From an uncultured Lachnospiraceae bacterium (GTDB lineage: Bacteria; Bacillota; Clostridia; Lachnospirales; Lachnospiraceae): DNA of 64,000 bases. Where the stretch lies: assembly GCA_964507745.1 (NCBI GenBank), contig CAZDRM010000001.1:1999-65998 (forward strand), given 5' to 3'. A model generated the notes under the pieces. The model saw only the letters and a program-made list of their open reading frames with translations. It was not told the origin of the DNA and searched no databases. Below are positions 59,646-64,000 of the stretch, one piece after another. The position numbers were made by a program, and so were the translations under genes. How positions within the stretch are numbered: position 1 is the first letter of the stretch; every line of letters starts with the position of its first letter.

Positions 59646-61895
59646 TCATTTCAGCCCGAAGGAAGCCTTTAATTGTGCAAACTCTTTGGAGTTGGCAAAG
59701 CCCAGCATAACTTCATTTCTGCTTGTTCCACTTGCCAGTCTGTTCATCCAGTCATCATATCCTGCCTGGTCATATTCCCTGTCAAAGAATGTGCGGTAAA
59801 GAACCTTCACATATTCATCATCGCTTAAATTCTTTGCCAGAAATTCCGGGGAGTTAAAAAATCCCCTTGTGGAAACATCATTGATGGTCCATTGCCCGCT
59901 GGTAATGCGGTTGCACCAGTCATTTAACCCTGCAACCTCATACTCTCTGCCCAGAGCCTTTGTATAAAGTCTTGCCACAAAGGTGGTAAGTCCGGGGTTT
60001 TTATTCCTTCCTTCTAATCCGTTAACATTAATACTTCCTCTTATAATGCCGTAATCATTACATATGTTACCAAATTCTACGGATTCCGCAAAACCTCTGT
60101 ATACGCCTTCTCTTCCTACGCCGTTTTCGAGCTTATATACCCAGTCAGCCTTTCCGCCGGCATCGGAAGCGCGTCCCATCATGACATTATATAATAATTC
60201 CACATATTCTTCATTGGTAGTATTCCACAGCTTAAATTCATCACTTAAGAAAAATCCGCGGGCCGCTTCCGCTCCGGAAATCTGACCGTTGCATAACCTG
60301 TTAGTCCAGTCTGCAAGACCTGCTTCTTCGGGCTTTCTTTTCAGGCACATTTCATAAAGTCTGGTAACAAAGGCTTCTACCTGCTTTCTGTCAGAAACCC
60401 TTCCGTAGCCGGGAACTATCTGCGAATAAGAGCTTACTCCTATAATGGGCAGTGTCCGGGCCTCCACCCATGACGGGTCGGAATCCAGCTTTGCAAATAC
60501 ATCTTCCGCAAGAACGCCTGCAATGGAAAAATTTAATTTTCCTCCTTCATTTTGCTTATTGATAATAAAGCAGTCCACCATGGGGTCATATTTTGCCGCA
60601 TAGTAGGAATATGCCAGACTTGCGGCCTGGATATCGGTTCCCATATACTGTGAAAATCCCTGTTCTGTCAATAAAATCCTGTGCTGGCTGCCAAAAGTAT
60701 TTTTTACATAGTCTGTCAGGATATTTAAATTGTTGCCATCCACGAACATGGCATCCGCTCTCTTAGGATTTAAGTCAAGCTCCGGTGCATCCGGCATATG
60801 GGCAAGCTCTACCCAGATATCCGGCTGTGATAAGATAGCGGGATATAAATGGTAGGAAATACTCCAGTCCACATTCGCCTGTCGCGCCGCAATGGCGGCA
60901 TTAAAACGATTTAAATAATCTTTTGTGGCAATTCCCCTACCCTCATCATTATGCTGCCAGCTATGTTCCAGAGAAACGCTGACTCTCGATACAGATGTTT
61001 TGGAACGGATAGCGTTATAGAGAATCATATAAGCATCCGCATATAAATCAGCATTATACTGAGGGTCTGATGAACCGCTAAAGTGCCATGAATTGGGCAT
61101 ATTCACTTCATTGCCCAAAATAAAGTTATCCACATGACAGTCTGACTTACACCAGTTTTCCGCCATCCATGCAAACAGTGCCTCATAATAATGCCTGCCG
61201 TCTCCTCTTACATTAGGCGCGTAATACGGCGCATTTTTTGTATTATTTCCCCTGTTAGCCAAAGCTGTAGGGTCCACCAGAATTTCTTTTCCGTTTTTGC
61301 AGGGAACAAGAATAACAACACTGATTGTCGCGCCCTTGGCATTAGCATTTCTGATCAGCGCGGATTTATCGTCCCTAAAATAATAAGTACGGCCGTTATA
61401 ATCAAATCTTTTATCCAGAGGACTTGACCCGTCTCCCATAAAATCTGTAACCATCATATTAACCAGGGTATGCTGTCCGCCGTAACTTCCCAGATAACTT
61501 GCTCCGCTGAAATCTCCCTGAATACCCTTTTTGGTGGTAGTCTTGAAGAAAGCATCCTCTGTTACATAGCTGCCGGCCTCCTCAGAATACACATATTCCT
61601 CATCATCAGCCAGCCACTCTGTGGGAATTCCGTTATAAGTCTCCAAAGGGTCTTCCCCTTCTTTACCCAGCTTGATTCCTTCTTTTACACCCTCTTCTTT
61701 ACCTGTTTCCTCTTTGTCAGCGTCCACAGCATTCTTTTCACTGTTTTCGGAAACAGAGGTTTCATTTTCCGGTATTAAGCCATTTGTTCCCATCTGCTCT
61801 TTTGCAAATGCGGTAACTCCCGTTCCCGCCATAAGCGTCATCGCGAGAAACAGGGCAAATACTCTTTTTGATAGTTTTTTCGTCATAATTCTCAT
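59646..61895 (-). CDS. Secreted DUF5722-like (clan GH-A TIM barrel) protein with DUF4214-type repeats
   Basis: Signal peptide, ILGNEVN (acid/base-like), SYHLYP, LLTEQG (nucleophile-like); repeat tail. Confidence 0.75.
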   Translation of the reverse strand: MRIMTKKLSKRVFALFLAMTLMAGTGVTAFAKEQMGTNGLIPENETSVSENSEKNAVDADKEETGKEEGVKEGIKLGKEGEDPLETYNGIPTEWLADDEEYVYSEEAGSYVTEDAFFKTTTKKGIQGDFSGASYLGSYGGQHTLVNMMVTDFMGDGSSPLDKRFDYNGRTYYFRDDKSALIRNANAKGATISVVILVPCKNGKEILVDPTALANRGNNTKNAPYYAPNVRGDGRHYYEALFAWMAENWCKSDCHVDNFILGNEVNMPNSWHFSGSSDPQYNADLYADAYMILYNAIRSKTSVSRVSVSLEHSWQHNDEGRGIATKDYLNRFNAAIAARQANVDWSISYHLYPAILSQPDIWVELAHMPDAPELDLNPKRADAMFVDGNNLNILTDYVKNTFGSQHRILLTEQGFSQYMGTDIQAASLAYSYYAAKYDPMVDCFIINKQNEGGKLNFSIAGVLAEDVFAKLDSDPSWVEARTLPIIGVSSYSQIVPGYGRVSDRKQVEAFVTRLYEMCLKRKPEEAGLADWTNRLCNGQISGAEAARGFFLSDEFKLWNTTNEEYVELLYNVMMGRASDAGGKADWVYKLENGVGREGVYRGFAESVEFGNICNDYGIIRGSINVNGLEGRNKNPGLTTFVARLYTKALGREYEVAGLNDWCNRITSGQWTINDVSTRGFFNSPEFLAKNLSDDEYVKVLYRTFFDREYDQAGYDDWMNRLASGTSRNEVMLGFANSKEFAQLKASFGLK

Positions 61896-61928
61896 GTCTG
61901 CACCTTTCCTCCCAGTTTCATTTTTATA

Positions 61929-61958
61929 ATTATCATATATTTATATTATGGAAGTCAA
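61929..61958 (-). promoter_or_regulatory. Sigma-70/SigA-type promoter
   Basis: TTGACT-18 bp-GATAAT upstream of a GGAGG RBS. Confidence 0.55.
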
Positions 61959-62014
61959 GACTCTTCTTTTGCCAAAATATACGGACATTAAATAACTTTT
62001 GGCTAAAGCACTAT

Positions 62015-62053
62015 AAAAAACATCCTGAGTCAGGTAATTTCCCGACTCAGGAT
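62015..62053 (-). terminator. Intrinsic terminator after the amidase gene
   Basis: Stem atcctgagtc / gactcaggat followed on the minus strand by U6. Confidence 0.8.
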
Positions 62054-62091
62054 TGTCAACATGCTCTTCACTGTTACTTTTATCAATCCGA

Positions 62092-63999
62092 TTATAATCC
62101 GTAAGTTCTCATCAGCTGCGCAAACTCCTTAGATTCCGCAAAGCCTCTCAGCACTTCTCTGCGACTGACGCCGGAATTTAACTTCTGCAGCCAGTAAACA
62201 TAACCCTCCTGGTCATATTCCCTGTCAAAGAAAGTCCGGTAAAGCACTTTTACGTATTCACTATTGGTATGGCGCATATTCAAATATTCAGGGGACTCAA
62301 AAAATCCCGTAGTAGCCATATCCATAACAGTCCATTTCTTATCGCAGATTCTGTTGCACCAGTCATTTAAACCGTCAATATCATACGCTCTTCCCAGGGC
62401 TTTTGTATACATTCTGGATACAAAAGTAGTCAGTCCCGGATTTCTGTCACGGCCCTCATTGACAGTTACGGTTCCTCTTTTTATTCCATAAGAATTACAA
62501 ATCATATCAAACTCGGCAGAATCCGCAAAGCCTTTGAATACGCCCATACGTCCTGCGCCGTTTTCTAATTTATACAGCCAGTCCGTTTTTCCGGCCCAGT
62601 CGGAGCCTCTACCCATCATAACATTATATAAACGCTCAACATACTCGTCATTGGTATGATTCATAAGCTGGAACTCATCACTGAAGAAGAATCCTCTTGC
62701 TGCTTCCGCCCCTGTTGTCCTGCCGCTGCACATTCTGTCTGTCCAGTCCTTCAGACCTTCCGGCTCCGGTTCCCTGCCCAGACACAGTCTGTAGAGCCTG
62801 GTCACATATGCCTCCACCTGCGCCCTGTCAACCGCAGGTCCCTTGGTCAGACCCAGATAATTGGCAATACCTGTAGCGTCCGCAACGCCCAGACGCTGCA
62901 AATTGCTTTCACTGGAAAGGAAAGCCGCATCGGATCCGTTTGTCAGGAACGCATGCTCCACAATAACGGCTGTAATACCCGCTTCTTTGGAACGTCTGAT
63001 TACGCCGTAATAATCCGCCAACGAACCGTCCGGATATTTTGTACCGTCTCCGGAATTGCGCGTCTTGATTCCGTTCTGGTTCAATCCAAGCGCTCCTAAC
63101 TGCCTGGAAATGTGCCTTGAAAGGTTTGCTCCGTCAACTCCGATAGCCGGATTGTAATTGGCATTGGGATAATAAACTTCCGAACCCTTTGCCGACGACG
63201 AACCTGCTGAATTTAAATGGATACTTACAAAATAGTCGGCTCCCACACGGGCTGATGCTGCAACTCTGTTGGCATTACAGTCAACCGAACCGGTTCCCGG
63301 ATAAGGACATGCTGTCCCTGTACGTGTCAGATATACCTGTACTCCTGAATATTCTTCCAGCTCCGCTTTGCAATACTGGGCAATTTTTAAATTAAGAACT
63401 TCTTCGCTTAAGCCGTTAGCCCTTGCTCCCGCATGAGTAGCGTCATGGCCCGGATCAATCACTACAACAACATCTCCGCTGTCTTCTGCTCTCATCCTGC
63501 CCTTATCGCCGTTTGCAAGAGCGTCTCCGATTTCATTTGCCGCTATCCTGGAAACCTGACTGCCGTTTCCATCCAAAGACACAACCTGTAATTCCACATC
63601 GGACATATCAAAATCTACACTCTCCGGCATAAGCGCGCCTTCTTCGGCTTCAGGCACTTCACGGTCCACGCCGAAATAAACGTTCGCCATACCTGTGTCC
63701 GCTATTCTGACGGAAGACTCACAGCCGTCTTCTGTGGTAACATTCACGCTTTTTATTTCATAAATTCCCGCATCCTCTTCTGAAAAAGGAAGCTCAAATA
63801 AAATGGTGTTTTCCAATGTTTCTTCACTGGAATAAACAAACTGTTCTTTTGTATTGTAATTTTCTACCGTTAATGCGCCGCCTGCAAGACGGGTATTCTC
63901 ATCTCCGAACCCAACCAGCACCATCTGGCTGCCCGGAGAAGCAACATAACTGTTTTCTATATATAAGAAGTCTAACTTTCCTTCTTCTCCATAAACCTC
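62092..63999 (-). CDS. N-acetylmuramoyl-L-alanine amidase (Amidase_3) with DUF4214-type repeats; 5' end outside the window
   Basis: IDPGH, E..LNL, VYLTR, SIHLNS, IVEHAF; the frame stays open from 63924 to the window edge. Confidence 0.9.
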   Translation of the reverse strand, partial: EVYGEEGKLDFLYIENSYVASPGSQMVLVGFGDENTRLAGGALTVENYNTKEQFVYSSEETLENTILFELPFSEEDAGIYEIKSVNVTTEDGCESSVRIADTGMANVYFGVDREVPEAEEGALMPESVDFDMSDVELQVVSLDGNGSQVSRIAANEIGDALANGDKGRMRAEDSGDVVVVIDPGHDATHAGARANGLSEEVLNLKIAQYCKAELEEYSGVQVYLTRTGTACPYPGTGSVDCNANRVAASARVGADYFVSIHLNSAGSSSAKGSEVYYPNANYNPAIGVDGANLSRHISRQLGALGLNQNGIKTRNSGDGTKYPDGSLADYYGVIRRSKEAGITAVIVEHAFLTNGSDAAFLSSESNLQRLGVADATGIANYLGLTKGPAVDRAQVEAYVTRLYRLCLGREPEPEGLKDWTDRMCSGRTTGAEAARGFFFSDEFQLMNHTNDEYVERLYNVMMGRGSDWAGKTDWLYKLENGAGRMGVFKGFADSAEFDMICNSYGIKRGTVTVNEGRDRNPGLTTFVSRMYTKALGRAYDIDGLNDWCNRICDKKWTVMDMATTGFFESPEYLNMRHTNSEYVKVLYRTFFDREYDQEGYVYWLQKLNSGVSRREVLRGFAESKEFAQLMRTYGL

Positions 64000-64000
64000 T

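Noticed and set aside
55-63395. Many plus-strand and nested ORFs, e.g. 55..576, 27509..28240, 55279..56019
   Set aside because: They are antisense or alternate-frame shadows of well-supported genes, with no motifs or RBS
36822-63999. Invertible or shuffling cassette system among the repeat-tailed genes, as in the C. fetus sap locus
   Set aside because: All genes share one orientation, the tails are diverged at DNA level, and no recombinase or inverted repeats were seen

Overview
The window is one large cell-surface glycan and surface-protein locus of a Gram-positive anaerobe. A Lachnospiraceae-like host is inferred from gene content. All genes but one (31143-32279) lie on the minus strand. 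From right to left it carries: (i) two secreted enzymes with C-terminal DUF4214-type repeats (Amidase_3, truncated by the window edge; a clan-A glycoside-hydrolase-like/DUF5722-type protein); (ii) an initiation module (CapD/PglF dehydratase, phosphoglycosyl transferase, SDR, GT2) and six GT4 genes; (iii) five more DUF4214-tailed secreted proteins (glucosaminidase-like, S8 protease, two CAP, SGNH); (iv) a Wzm/Wzt exporter split by a 5.1-kb cassette bounded by a duplicated wzm/wzt junction; (v) a visibly more AT-rich variable block (~2.6-32.3 kb). That block holds GT4/GT8, a CDP-sugar plus GtrB/GT-C side-chain module, acyltransferases, a CotH-VTC-DUF4956-LRR cassette, a TylF methyltransferase, a sialyltransferase-like coiled-coil protein and a CMP-sugar module with no neuB; (vi) a UDP-xylose synthase and a UGM-like flavoprotein. 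Highlights are a candidate DUF4214/wall-glycan anchoring system, the VTC/DUF4956/CotH cassette, and two genes split exactly at homopolymers (A7 forming A_AAA_AAC, and G7). No rRNA, tRNA, CRISPR array, transposase or recombinase was seen. All family assignments come from motif recognition, not database searches.
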